Shown in pieces: positions 26,640 to 35,116 of a stretch of 60,573 nt of DNA. Source of the DNA: an uncultured Planctomycetaceae bacterium (GTDB taxonomy: Bacteria; Planctomycetota; Phycisphaerae; SM23-33); NCBI GenBank assembly GCA_964417755.1, contig CAYQJH010000003.1:1-60573 (forward strand), read 5' to 3'. Within the stretch, counting starts at the first letter, position 1; each line of letters opens with the position of its first letter. A program made the translations under genes and the position numbers. The notes under the pieces are model-generated. The model saw only the letters and a program-made list of their open reading frames with translations. It did no database searches and was not told where the DNA came from.

Positions 26640-27460
26640 TCGCCGAGACGCCTCTGCCTATTGTCGAGGGACGCGATATCTGCGTCCGCTTTGGGAACTT
26701 CACCGCGCTGCTGGACCTGAATTTCTCCATTCCGGCGACCGAGAAGGGGAATTTCATTACGATCATCGGTCCCAGCGGCTGCGGCAAGAGTACGCTGCTG
26801 AACCTCATCGCCGGCCTGAATGCACCGACTTCCGGCAGCCTGCTGGTTGATGGTCGGCCCATCGATGGTCCCGGCCGTGAACGGGGCATGATCTTCCAGC
26901 AGTACAGTTCGTTTCCGCATTTGAGCGTGTTGCGAAACGTCCTGTTTGGCCTGGAGATCAACGCCGGCGACCTGAAGCTCTCCGCCTCACAGCGCATGGA
27001 CCGCGCGATGCATCTAATCGACGAGGTCGGCCTGGAGGGCCATGAGCACAAGTATCCGCATCAACTTTCGGGCGGCCAGCAGCAACGAGTAGCCATTGCC
27101 CGGACGCTGGCATTGGAACCGCGCATTCTGCTGATGGATGAGCCCTTCTCGGCGCTCGATGAACCGACGCGCCTGGAGATGCAGGAACTGATCGTGGATT
27201 TGTGGGCCCGCATCCACCCGACAATCTTCTGCGTGACGCACAGCATCGCCGAGGCTGTATACCTTGGCGAGCGAGTGTGGATCTTCAGCTTTGCGCCCGG
27301 CCAGATCGCGTACGATATCTCGGATTGTATTCCTCCCTCGCCGGGCGTGCCGCCAAAGGCGGCCCAGGAACAAAGCAATTTCAAACAGGCTGCCGCGATC
27401 GTGGCGGAAGCCTTCAAGAAGGTTTGCGAGATGCGGGCTGCGCCAAGCCGCGCAGGATAG
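26636..27460 (+). CDS. ABC transporter ATP-binding protein, NitT/TauT (TauB/SsuB-like)
   Basis: GPSGCGKST, LSGGQQQR, LLMDEPF, FCVTH. Confidence 0.95.
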   Translation: MIAETPLPIVEGRDICVRFGNFTALLDLNFSIPATEKGNFITIIGPSGCGKSTLLNLIAGLNAPTSGSLLVDGRPIDGPGRERGMIFQQYSSFPHLSVLRNVLFGLEINAGDLKLSASQRMDRAMHLIDEVGLEGHEHKYPHQLSGGQQQRVAIARTLALEPRILLMDEPFSALDEPTRLEMQELIVDLWARIHPTIFCVTHSIAEAVYLGERVWIFSFAPGQIAYDISDCIPPSPGVPPKAAQEQSNFKQAAAIVAEAFKKVCEMRAAPSRAG

Positions 27461-27467
27461 TAATACG

Positions 27468-28367
27468 ATGATGCGAAAGCTCATGGGCTATGTCAGAGCC
27501 GCCTTCAGCGCACGCCCGATAGGGATGCTCGTGCCGCCCAACTGGATTGGCTTAACAGCCTTCGGCCTGCTGGGGTTTATCACGCCGGGATTCTGGTTGT
27601 TGGGGCTGGGAGCGGAGATGGGCTATCTGTATATGATGACCTCCAGCCCACGTTTTCGGCGCTATGTCGATGCAACCTCGCAGGCTAGTGCGCAGCAACA
27701 ATGGCAGAAGAAACTTGCAATGCTGCTGGCACAGTTGAATCATCAGGAGCGCCAGCAGTACGAGGCCCTGGAGGCTCGATGCCGAACGATTCTATCCCAG
27801 CAGATCGATGACCCCGCCAGCGCCGCCCAAGGGCAGGGCCTCAGCCGGTTGCTCTGGATCTACCTGCGCCTACTGCTGACACGTCAATCGATCAAGCATA
27901 TCGTCAGCGAAGCTCAGAGCGCGAGGCCCGGCAACTCTCTCGAAGGGCGCATTGCCAGCCTCCAGAAGCAGTTGGAGAACCAATCGCTTGGCGATGACCT
28001 TCGCAAGAGCCTCACCGGCCAGGTGGAGATTCTGCAACAGCGCCTGGAAGGACAGGAACAAGGCCGGCAGAAGCTCACGTTTCTGGATTGCGAGTTGACG
28101 CGGATCGAGGAACAGGTGGAACTGATTCGTGAACAGGCAGCGCTTTCAGCCGATCCGCAGTCGGTCTCGCAAAGAATAGACCAGGTGGCCGCCAGCCTGG
28201 GCGGCACCACCCAGTGGATTCGCGAGCAGCAGCGGATATACGGACGTGTCGAGGACCTGCTGGTTGAGCCGCCAATGCTCATCAAGACCGAGCCACCACA
28301 TCGTAACCAGGTAACTCCGCCGCCCCTGCCGGCATCGCAGAGGTCCAAAGAAGCCTCCCAGGAATAA
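27468..28367 (+). CDS. Membrane protein with an N-terminal TM hairpin and a long coiled coil
   Basis: Hydrophobic 'NWIGLTAFGLLGFITPGFWLLGLGAEMGYLY' followed by Q/E/L-rich heptads. Coupled to both neighbours (7-bp and 5-bp gaps). Confidence 0.8.
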   Translation: MMRKLMGYVRAAFSARPIGMLVPPNWIGLTAFGLLGFITPGFWLLGLGAEMGYLYMMTSSPRFRRYVDATSQASAQQQWQKKLAMLLAQLNHQERQQYEALEARCRTILSQQIDDPASAAQGQGLSRLLWIYLRLLLTRQSIKHIVSEAQSARPGNSLEGRIASLQKQLENQSLGDDLRKSLTGQVEILQQRLEGQEQGRQKLTFLDCELTRIEEQVELIREQAALSADPQSVSQRIDQVAASLGGTTQWIREQQRIYGRVEDLLVEPPMLIKTEPPHRNQVTPPPLPASQRSKEASQE

Positions 28368-28372
28368 GACCA

Positions 28373-30109
28373 ATGACCACACCTCTTCCCGCATGGGCGC
28401 AGGAGATGGCCGACCTCTTCAGGAGCGGCTCGGTTTCCCAGTTCATTATTCACGGCAACGTCTTTGACCTGGTTCCAGCGACGCTTGGAGAGCCTTCTTC
28501 GGGCAAAAAGATGCTTCCTCTCAAGACATTCCTGAATGACGTCATGTTCGCAGGCTATGACGTGGTTCTCCACTATGATCGCGGCAAGGGGATTCGTGCC
28601 GCTCGTGGCCAGGATGACTGGAATGAATGGTTGAATCAGCTCGGCGGCGATATGCAACTGGCCAGTCAGATTCGAGAGCCAGGCAAAGCGATGGAGTTGA
28701 TTGACCGTTATTTGCTGCGCAGCTTGAACCTGCAGGCCATCAATCCGGGCGGCAATCCACCGCGGAAGATCGCTGTCATCATTGATTTCGCCGAGTTCGT
28801 TGTCCCGCAGGGGCAGGCACTCCAATTGGGTGGCGAATTCAGCGCGAACGTTGTCAAACTTCTAGGGTGGGCGAACGACCCGGCCATCCTCCAATCGAAC
28901 ATCGTCACCGTCCTGCTGACCGAAGGGCTGCACGATCTCAACAGCCTGGTCATCGAGAACCCGCACTCTTCGAAGCTGCGCATCGCCTTGCCCGACGAGC
29001 AGGACATGCTCAACTACCTCAACCTGCTCGTCAGCCAGAATTTTCCCAACCTGCCTGATCAATGCGATGTGCCGCTGGAAGCTTTGGCCAGGCGGCTGAC
29101 GGGGCTTAGCCATGTTGGCGCGCTGACGCTTATCAGCAGGGCCTTGAACAATGGAAAGCGCCTTACGGATGCATTTCTGCGGCAGGTGAAGAAGGACATG
29201 ATCGAGAGAGAGTGCCAGGGGCTGCTGGAGTTTCTCGAATCGCCCTTCACGCTGGACAACGTCGCCGGTCATGCCGCGGTAAAGCAATGGCTGCGGGAGG
29301 ACGCGGCACTCCTAAAGCGAATGGCCTACCATGCATTGCCCATGGGCTACCTGATCTGCGGGCGGATCGGCACGGGCAAGACGTTCATCGTGCAATGCTG
29401 GGCCGGAGAACTCGGCGTGCCTTGCGTGGTATTCAAGAACTTCCGCGACCGCTGGGTTGGCGCGACCGAGTCGAACCTGGAGAAGATATTCGCGATCCTT
29501 CGGGCCTTGGGACAAGTCGTCGTGTTCGTGGACGAGGCCGACCAGGCCGCCGGCAAGCGAGAGGGTGATGGCGGCGATAGTGGTCTATCCGGCCGCGTCT
29601 ATGCCATGCTTGCCAAAGAGATGTCCGATACGCGCAATCGCGGGAAGATCGTGTGGGTCTTTGCAACGAGCCGGCCGGACTTGCTGGAGGTGGACCTCAA
29701 GCGCCAAGGTCGGCTGGATGTGCATATTCCGTTGTTCGCGCCCGAGACATCCGCGGAAGTGAGAGAGTTGCTGCTTTCGGTGGCCAGGAAGCTGAAGTTT
29801 CCCCTGAAGGAGAGCGACCTGCCGGACTTGGCAGAGAAGGTGGTACTCGGGGGCAATGAGATTGAGGGTATGCTCGTCCGTGCTCTGCGGAACTACGAAC
29901 TATGCCCCGAGCCGCGGAAGGCTTTGCGCGAGATTCTGGCCGTCGTAGCGGCCGAGATTCGGCCAAGTGCTCATACGCGCAAGCTGGAGTACATGGATCT
30001 GGTAGCTGTAAGAGAATGCACCGATGGCAGATTTCTTCCCGAGCGATTCTCATCCTTCACACCAGAGGAGATCGAGAATCGCATTAATGATCTACGAAGG
30101 TTTGCGTAA
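28373..30109 (+). CDS. AAA+ ATPase (classical clade) with a degenerate N-terminal AAA-like domain
   Basis: Walker A GRIGTGKT, pore loop RDRWVGATE, Walker B VVFVDEAD and SRH 'ATSRPDLL..DLKRQGRLD'. The N-terminal half has decayed motifs (IIHGNVFD, VIIDFAE). Confidence 0.93.
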   Translation: MTTPLPAWAQEMADLFRSGSVSQFIIHGNVFDLVPATLGEPSSGKKMLPLKTFLNDVMFAGYDVVLHYDRGKGIRAARGQDDWNEWLNQLGGDMQLASQIREPGKAMELIDRYLLRSLNLQAINPGGNPPRKIAVIIDFAEFVVPQGQALQLGGEFSANVVKLLGWANDPAILQSNIVTVLLTEGLHDLNSLVIENPHSSKLRIALPDEQDMLNYLNLLVSQNFPNLPDQCDVPLEALARRLTGLSHVGALTLISRALNNGKRLTDAFLRQVKKDMIERECQGLLEFLESPFTLDNVAGHAAVKQWLREDAALLKRMAYHALPMGYLICGRIGTGKTFIVQCWAGELGVPCVVFKNFRDRWVGATESNLEKIFAILRALGQVVVFVDEADQAAGKREGDGGDSGLSGRVYAMLAKEMSDTRNRGKIVWVFATSRPDLLEVDLKRQGRLDVHIPLFAPETSAEVRELLLSVARKLKFPLKESDLPDLAEKVVLGGNEIEGMLVRALRNYELCPEPRKALREILAVVAAEIRPSAHTRKLEYMDLVAVRECTDGRFLPERFSSFTPEEIENRINDLRRFA

Positions 30110-30115
30110 GAAGCC

Positions 30116-30763
30116 ATGGGACTACTGCAGAATTTGACGAAGATGGGTGGGCGGCTTGGCATCCTGAAGATCGTCTCCACAACGGCTACGGCGCCTCCGG
30201 GCAGGATTCCGACGCGCAAGCTGACTCTCAAGGAATTGATGACCGAGATCCGCACGCAACAGGTTGAGACGCTCGCGCAGTGCCCGGCGGAATTGTCTGT
30301 CGATTTTGCCAGGCTCTTTGAGTCCGCGGGCATCAAGACGCCTCCGACGGGCTGGACGATCCAGAAGCTGATCGAGACATTGCGATCAGATGCATGCAAG
30401 GGCCTCAGTCGCGAAGAAACTCAGAAGGCCATCCTCGCCGAAATCTCAAAAGACCAGGCGCATGTTCATGACGTGGTGGCCGATGGTATTGCACGCGACC
30501 AGGCCTTAGATGCCTTCGAGGTCTTTGCCCGCAAGAAGTTTGACGAGCGCGTGTCCCTTTGCCAGAGCAGGAAAGCGGAACTGCAGGCGCAGATTCATGA
30601 TCTCCAGCAGCAGATCGAACGCCTGGATGGCCAGGCCGCGAGCGACAAGGCACACTGGAAACAGTGGCATGATCACAAGATCCAATATGAAAAAGATATG
30701 GCCTGGGCCATCGGGTTCCTGCTCGATAAAGCCACAATTACTGTTGATCATGATCATGCGTGA
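30116..30763 (+). CDS. Hypothetical helical/coiled-coil protein
   Basis: Starts 6 bp after the ATPase. Amphipathic N-terminus MGLLQNLTKMGGRLGILKIV and a C-terminal heptad stretch RKAELQAQIHDLQQQIERL. Confidence 0.8.
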   Translation: MGLLQNLTKMGGRLGILKIVSTTATAPPGRIPTRKLTLKELMTEIRTQQVETLAQCPAELSVDFARLFESAGIKTPPTGWTIQKLIETLRSDACKGLSREETQKAILAEISKDQAHVHDVVADGIARDQALDAFEVFARKKFDERVSLCQSRKAELQAQIHDLQQQIERLDGQAASDKAHWKQWHDHKIQYEKDMAWAIGFLLDKATITVDHDHA

Positions 30764-30892
30764 GATGACAATGCGCTGCGTCTTTGCGGCGCCGGCGTGC
30801 CACTGTAGCCCAGCCGCTCCCGGCTGGGCAGGGATGCAATAGCATCCTAGTCAGCCAGCGCAGATCGATTCGCAAGAGGAAAGGAAAGCATT

Positions 30893-31639
30893 ATGGGGCT
30901 TTTTTCGCGTGTTGGACGGCTGTTCCGCGGTTTCTTTGGTTTGTTCATCAGCGGGATAGAAGATCGCAATCCAGAGGCTTTGATGGAAGCAGCCAAGCAA
31001 GACTTCCGCACTCGCATGGCCCACTACAACGAGGCATTGGCGCGAATGGCCGGAATCGCCGAGCGGCTCAAGAGCCAGATTAAAATGAAGACAGTCCGCG
31101 CCCAGGACCTTGAGCGGCGAATCATGGCCAACCACCAGGCCGGCAATATGGAACTGGCTGGCAGCCTGGCCAGAGAACTCCAGGAACTCAAGGGCGACTT
31201 GAGCACTGATACACAAGAACTGGCTGAGACCGAGGAGGCCTACCAAGCCAACCTGCGCCAGGCGAAGGTCGCTCAGAAGGAATTCGAGGACAAGATCATC
31301 CGCTTGGAGCGGCAGCTTTCCCAGGTGAAAGTAAAGGAAGCGCAGAGCGAAGCTGCCGCCGGGCTGAACAACGTCGCCTTTAGCGTCGGGGACCTGGGCG
31401 ACACGATGAAGACTGTCGAAGAAGTACTCAACAAGCGATATGAGATGTCCGCCGGCAAGGCGCGCCTGGCGAAGGACATGGTCAACATGGACAAGGTCCA
31501 GGAGAAAGAGAACGAACGCAAGGCCCTCGAGCAGTCGGCACTGGCGGAGTTTCTGGCCAGCCAAGGCATCGCCGCAACCGCCGCTGTCCCTCAGGCCGCG
31601 CCGGCAGTCAAGGAGATCGGGCCCATGAAACAGGGGTAG
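30893..31639 (+). CDS. pspA: PspA/IM30 (Vipp1) family protein
   Basis: Amphipathic helix 0 MGLFSRVGRLFRGFFGLFIS, an 'EDRNPEALMEAA' motif, a long helical hairpin with 'AGNMELAGSLAREL', and C-terminal 'ALAEFLASQG'. RBS AAGGAAAG. Confidence 0.9.
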   Translation: MGLFSRVGRLFRGFFGLFISGIEDRNPEALMEAAKQDFRTRMAHYNEALARMAGIAERLKSQIKMKTVRAQDLERRIMANHQAGNMELAGSLARELQELKGDLSTDTQELAETEEAYQANLRQAKVAQKEFEDKIIRLERQLSQVKVKEAQSEAAAGLNNVAFSVGDLGDTMKTVEEVLNKRYEMSAGKARLAKDMVNMDKVQEKENERKALEQSALAEFLASQGIAATAAVPQAAPAVKEIGPMKQG

Positions 31640-31777
31640 GCTCGGCACGCGAGGCACAGCTCTTGAGGCCGGGGGCAACTGCTGCTTGCATATCTCCCGC
31701 CGCAGGGCAATGCCTCGAATATCGGGAACCAGGTCTTTTCAGAATATTCATCCACCACGGCAATCACGAGGTGAAAC

Positions 31778-33493
31778 ATGGCAGAGGAAGGCGCTCGTTT
31801 AACAATGTTTGGAAAGCTCCTGTCGATCGTGCTGATACTTGCGCTGGTCGGCGGCGGGTTGTACATGGTCCTCAACAAGTTCAACATCCTGGGCAGATCG
31901 CAACAGGCTGCCGCTCCGCAGGCGCCGGCTCCGGTGGTCGAGGCTGCCGATACATCCGGCGTGACCACGGTGCGCGAGTACAAGTACATCCCGGCAGAGC
32001 GCCTGCCGGCGGTCAAAGGCGTCAGCCAGTACAAGTGGGACAATAACAACAAGATCGTCCGCTTCTCGTACAATGTCTGGGCCGGGTGGCTGCCAATCAT
32101 CGCCGCCAATCATGGCACCAAGCCCAACCCTGAGAGCATCTTCGCCAAGAAGTACGGCTTCCAGGTTGAACTGGTACTGATCGACGATCCAGTGGCCGCC
32201 CGTGACGCGTTTGCAGCCGGTGACGTTCATACGTTGTGGGGCACCGAGGACATGTTCGTCCTGTTCGCTCCGGAACTTATGCGCGATTCGCGGTCCTCGC
32301 CGCGCATCGTCCAGCAGATCGACTGGTCCAACGGCGGCGACGGCATTGTCGTGCGCTCTCACATTAAGTCCGTCGCGGACCTCAAGGGCAGGACCGTTGC
32401 GTACGCGCTCAATTCACCCAGTGAATACTACCTGACCTCGCTCCTGCTCTCGGCGGGCCTGACACCGGCCGACATCAAGTCCAAGCACACGGCCACGGCC
32501 TTTGAAGCGGCTGCGGCATTTGTTTCCGACAAGAGCATCGACGCCTGTGTTTCCTGGGCGCCGGACATCTATCGCATACCCGAGAAGGTGCCCAACACCA
32601 AGATTCTCTCCAGCACGGCAGACGCCAATAAGCTCATTGCGGATGTCTACGCCTTCCGGGCCGATTTTGCCAAGGATCATCCCGAGATCGTCGAGGCCAT
32701 GGTGGCAGGTGTCTTCGAGGGCATGGACCTGGTGAAGGCAGACCCCGAGCAGGCCTGCAAGTGGATGGCGGAAGCATTCGGCATAAAGGTCGAGGAAGCC
32801 ATCTCGATGCGCAATGACGCCCATCCCACCAACTTCGCAGAGAACGTTCAGTTCTTCCTGAATTCCTCGAACCCGACTAACTTTGAACGAACGTGGAAGA
32901 ATGCCACAAACGTCTATCAGCAGTTGCGGCGAATCGACAAGGTCATCCCGTTCGAGCAGTTGATGGATTTCACGCACATCCAGGCGATAGACAAGAAGGG
33001 AACCTTCGCCCACCAGCAGGATGAGAGCGTGGCGAAGTTCACGCCGGGCAGTTACAAGTCCATCAAGGCTGAGTCGCCTCTGCTGACGCAGACCATCCGG
33101 ATCAACTTCTTCCCGAATTCATCCAACCCGTTCGAGGCAGCCCGCGACGAGCGAGGCAATGCGGTAGCCGGCAAGCTCTATGACCCTAATGTCGCAGCCA
33201 CCCTGGAAGAGGTCGCCCGGCTGTCGGGGCAGTTTGCGCGGGCCGTCATCCTCATCGAAGGCCATACCGATTCCAGCATGAAGGGGCGCGTGCCTGTCCA
33301 GGCGGTGAAGGATCTTAGCCTCTCGCGAGCGGAGGCCATCCGAAAGGCCCTGATTGAGAAGTACAAATTCGATCCGAACAAGTTCGTCATTGAAGGCAAG
33401 GGATGGGACGTGCCAGCCGACGCGAAAGATGCCGAGAATCAGGCTCTAAATCGGAGGGTGGAGATCAGTGTATTCCCGCCCGAACAACAGTAA
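31778..33493 (+). CDS. Membrane-anchored NMT1/THI5/SsuA-type substrate-binding protein fused to a C-terminal OmpA-like domain
   Basis: N-terminal TM (LLSIVLILALVGGGLYMVL). SBP motifs WAGWLP, DWSNGGDGIV, SVADLKGRTVA, SPSEY, ACVSWAP, LIADV. OmpA-C motifs 'IEGHTDS...LSLSRAEAIRKAL...GKG...NRRVEI'. Confidence 0.9.
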   Translation: MAEEGARLTMFGKLLSIVLILALVGGGLYMVLNKFNILGRSQQAAAPQAPAPVVEAADTSGVTTVREYKYIPAERLPAVKGVSQYKWDNNNKIVRFSYNVWAGWLPIIAANHGTKPNPESIFAKKYGFQVELVLIDDPVAARDAFAAGDVHTLWGTEDMFVLFAPELMRDSRSSPRIVQQIDWSNGGDGIVVRSHIKSVADLKGRTVAYALNSPSEYYLTSLLLSAGLTPADIKSKHTATAFEAAAAFVSDKSIDACVSWAPDIYRIPEKVPNTKILSSTADANKLIADVYAFRADFAKDHPEIVEAMVAGVFEGMDLVKADPEQACKWMAEAFGIKVEEAISMRNDAHPTNFAENVQFFLNSSNPTNFERTWKNATNVYQQLRRIDKVIPFEQLMDFTHIQAIDKKGTFAHQQDESVAKFTPGSYKSIKAESPLLTQTIRINFFPNSSNPFEAARDERGNAVAGKLYDPNVAATLEEVARLSGQFARAVILIEGHTDSSMKGRVPVQAVKDLSLSRAEAIRKALIEKYKFDPNKFVIEGKGWDVPADAKDAENQALNRRVEISVFPPEQQ

Positions 33494-34262
33494 TATCCGA
33501 GCGTTGGCCAAAGTTGCATTGTTCTGCCTGGCGTTGGTGATCTTCCTTATCGTCAAGGCCATGGACTCAAATGGACCCCAGACCGCGAGCCATCGATCTT
33601 CAGTCAACCCAATCGAACAGGAGCTTCAGCCACGAGGATCAATCCAACGGAAAGAAGGAATCGCGGTCGCCGTCCTGATTGATTCATCCGGGAGTATGAG
33701 CGACAGTGTTACGGGCTCAGGCGGGCAGCCGACCCAGAAAATGGAAATAGCCCGGCGCTGTCTGCTTGCCCTTATCAAACAGGCAGACGACTTCGCTTCC
33801 AATAACGATGAACGTCCCTTACTTCTAGGCGTCTACGAGTTCTCCAGCCGCGATCGCGGCAGTGTCTGCCGCAATGTTGTCCCGATTGGCCGCCCAAATG
33901 CTGCTGCCGCGCTACCTCTTGTTCGATCAATGTTCCCACAAGGCAACACGCCGATTGGCGATTCCATGATAACTGCCTATAAGGACCTCGCCGCCACTGG
34001 CATGAGCCGGCTACACATCCTTGTGATAACCGACGGCGAAAACAATCATGGCTATGCTCTGGCGGATGTGGTTTCGGCGATAAGCCGACTGAACGAAGTT
34101 GACCGCCCGGCCATGTATTTCCTGGCCTTCGATATCGCAGAACGGTTATTCGCGCCGCTGCGTGATTCAGGCGCCATGGTTCTGTCGGCATCCAATGAAG
34201 CGGATCTCCATCAGACCCTGAATTACATTCTTACTGGCAAGATTCTCGCAGAGCAGCCATAG
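33468..34262 (+). CDS. Membrane-anchored von Willebrand factor A (vWA) domain protein
   Basis: TM 'VALFCLALVIFLIV', MIDAS 'VLIDSSGSMS', 'QGNTPIG' and 'ILVITDGENN'. Start uncertain. Confidence 0.85.
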   Translation: MYSRPNNSNIRALAKVALFCLALVIFLIVKAMDSNGPQTASHRSSVNPIEQELQPRGSIQRKEGIAVAVLIDSSGSMSDSVTGSGGQPTQKMEIARRCLLALIKQADDFASNNDERPLLLGVYEFSSRDRGSVCRNVVPIGRPNAAAALPLVRSMFPQGNTPIGDSMITAYKDLAATGMSRLHILVITDGENNHGYALADVVSAISRLNEVDRPAMYFLAFDIAERLFAPLRDSGAMVLSASNEADLHQTLNYILTGKILAEQP

Positions 34263-34342
34263 AAGTCCAGACGCAGTTGGAGCACTGTAGGCTTGCCTGT
34301 TGACTCACCTTGGCGAGGACTTTTCCGAAGGGGTGAACACAG

Positions 34343-35116
34343 ATGGCTGAACCAACACTGGCGATGCACGCCCTGACCAAGCTATACGGCGGCTTTACAG
34401 CCGTCAGCGACTTGCATCTGGAGATCGCGCCGGGTGAGCTTTTTGCCCTTCTGGGGCCCAATGGCGCTGGCAAGACCACAACTATCCGGATGCTGATGGG
34501 GATATTAAAGGCCACGTCCGGAACGGCGAGCGTTCACGGCCTGGATTGCTTCCGCCAGCGAGCGCAGGTAATGCGGCACGTCGGCTATGTGCCGGATGAG
34601 CCCATCTTCTATGACTACCTGAAGGGCCGCGAGATCATCCAGTTTGTCGGCCAGATGCACGGCCTGGCGATGGAGACCATCGCGGAGATAGCTGATCCGC
34701 TCAGCAAGCAACTGAGCCTGGATGATGCGCTCGATGAATATGCGGTGAATTATTCCCGCGGCATGAAGAAGAAGCTCGCCATCATCTGCTCGCTGCTGCA
34801 TGAACCGACGCTGTGGGTTCTCGACGAGCCGACCAACGGCCTGGACCCGTTTGCTACTCGCCAAGTGCACGCACTGATGCGCTCCAGGATTGCGGCTGGG
34901 CGAAGTGTCTTCTTCAGCACTCATCTGCTCGACCAGGCGCAGAAGCTCTGCGACCGCGTAGGGATGTTGTTCAAGGGCCGTCTGGCGGCCATAGGACGGC
35001 TGGACGAGTTGCAGTCCGCTTCGCAGAACACGTCGCTTGAGGAGATCTTCTTTGCGGTGGCCGACGAGGCCGGCGGCAGCACCAATGGCGGCGACAAAGG
35101 GCCAACCGTAGCGTGA
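34343..35116 (+). CDS. ABC-2 type exporter ATP-binding protein
   Basis: GPNGAGKTT, YSRGMKKK signature, VLDEPTNGLDP, FSTHLL. Confidence 0.93.
   Translation: MAEPTLAMHALTKLYGGFTAVSDLHLEIAPGELFALLGPNGAGKTTTIRMLMGILKATSGTASVHGLDCFRQRAQVMRHVGYVPDEPIFYDYLKGREIIQFVGQMHGLAMETIAEIADPLSKQLSLDDALDEYAVNYSRGMKKKLAIICSLLHEPTLWVLDEPTNGLDPFATRQVHALMRSRIAAGRSVFFSTHLLDQAQKLCDRVGMLFKGRLAAIGRLDELQSASQNTSLEEIFFAVADEAGGSTNGGDKGPTVA

Noticed and set aside
28373-34262. MoxR-vWA chaperone system
   Set aside because: The ATPase has classical-clade pore-loop and SRH motifs and lacks the MoxR signatures (e.g. DEINR), so the AAA + vWA pairing is not the MoxR type.
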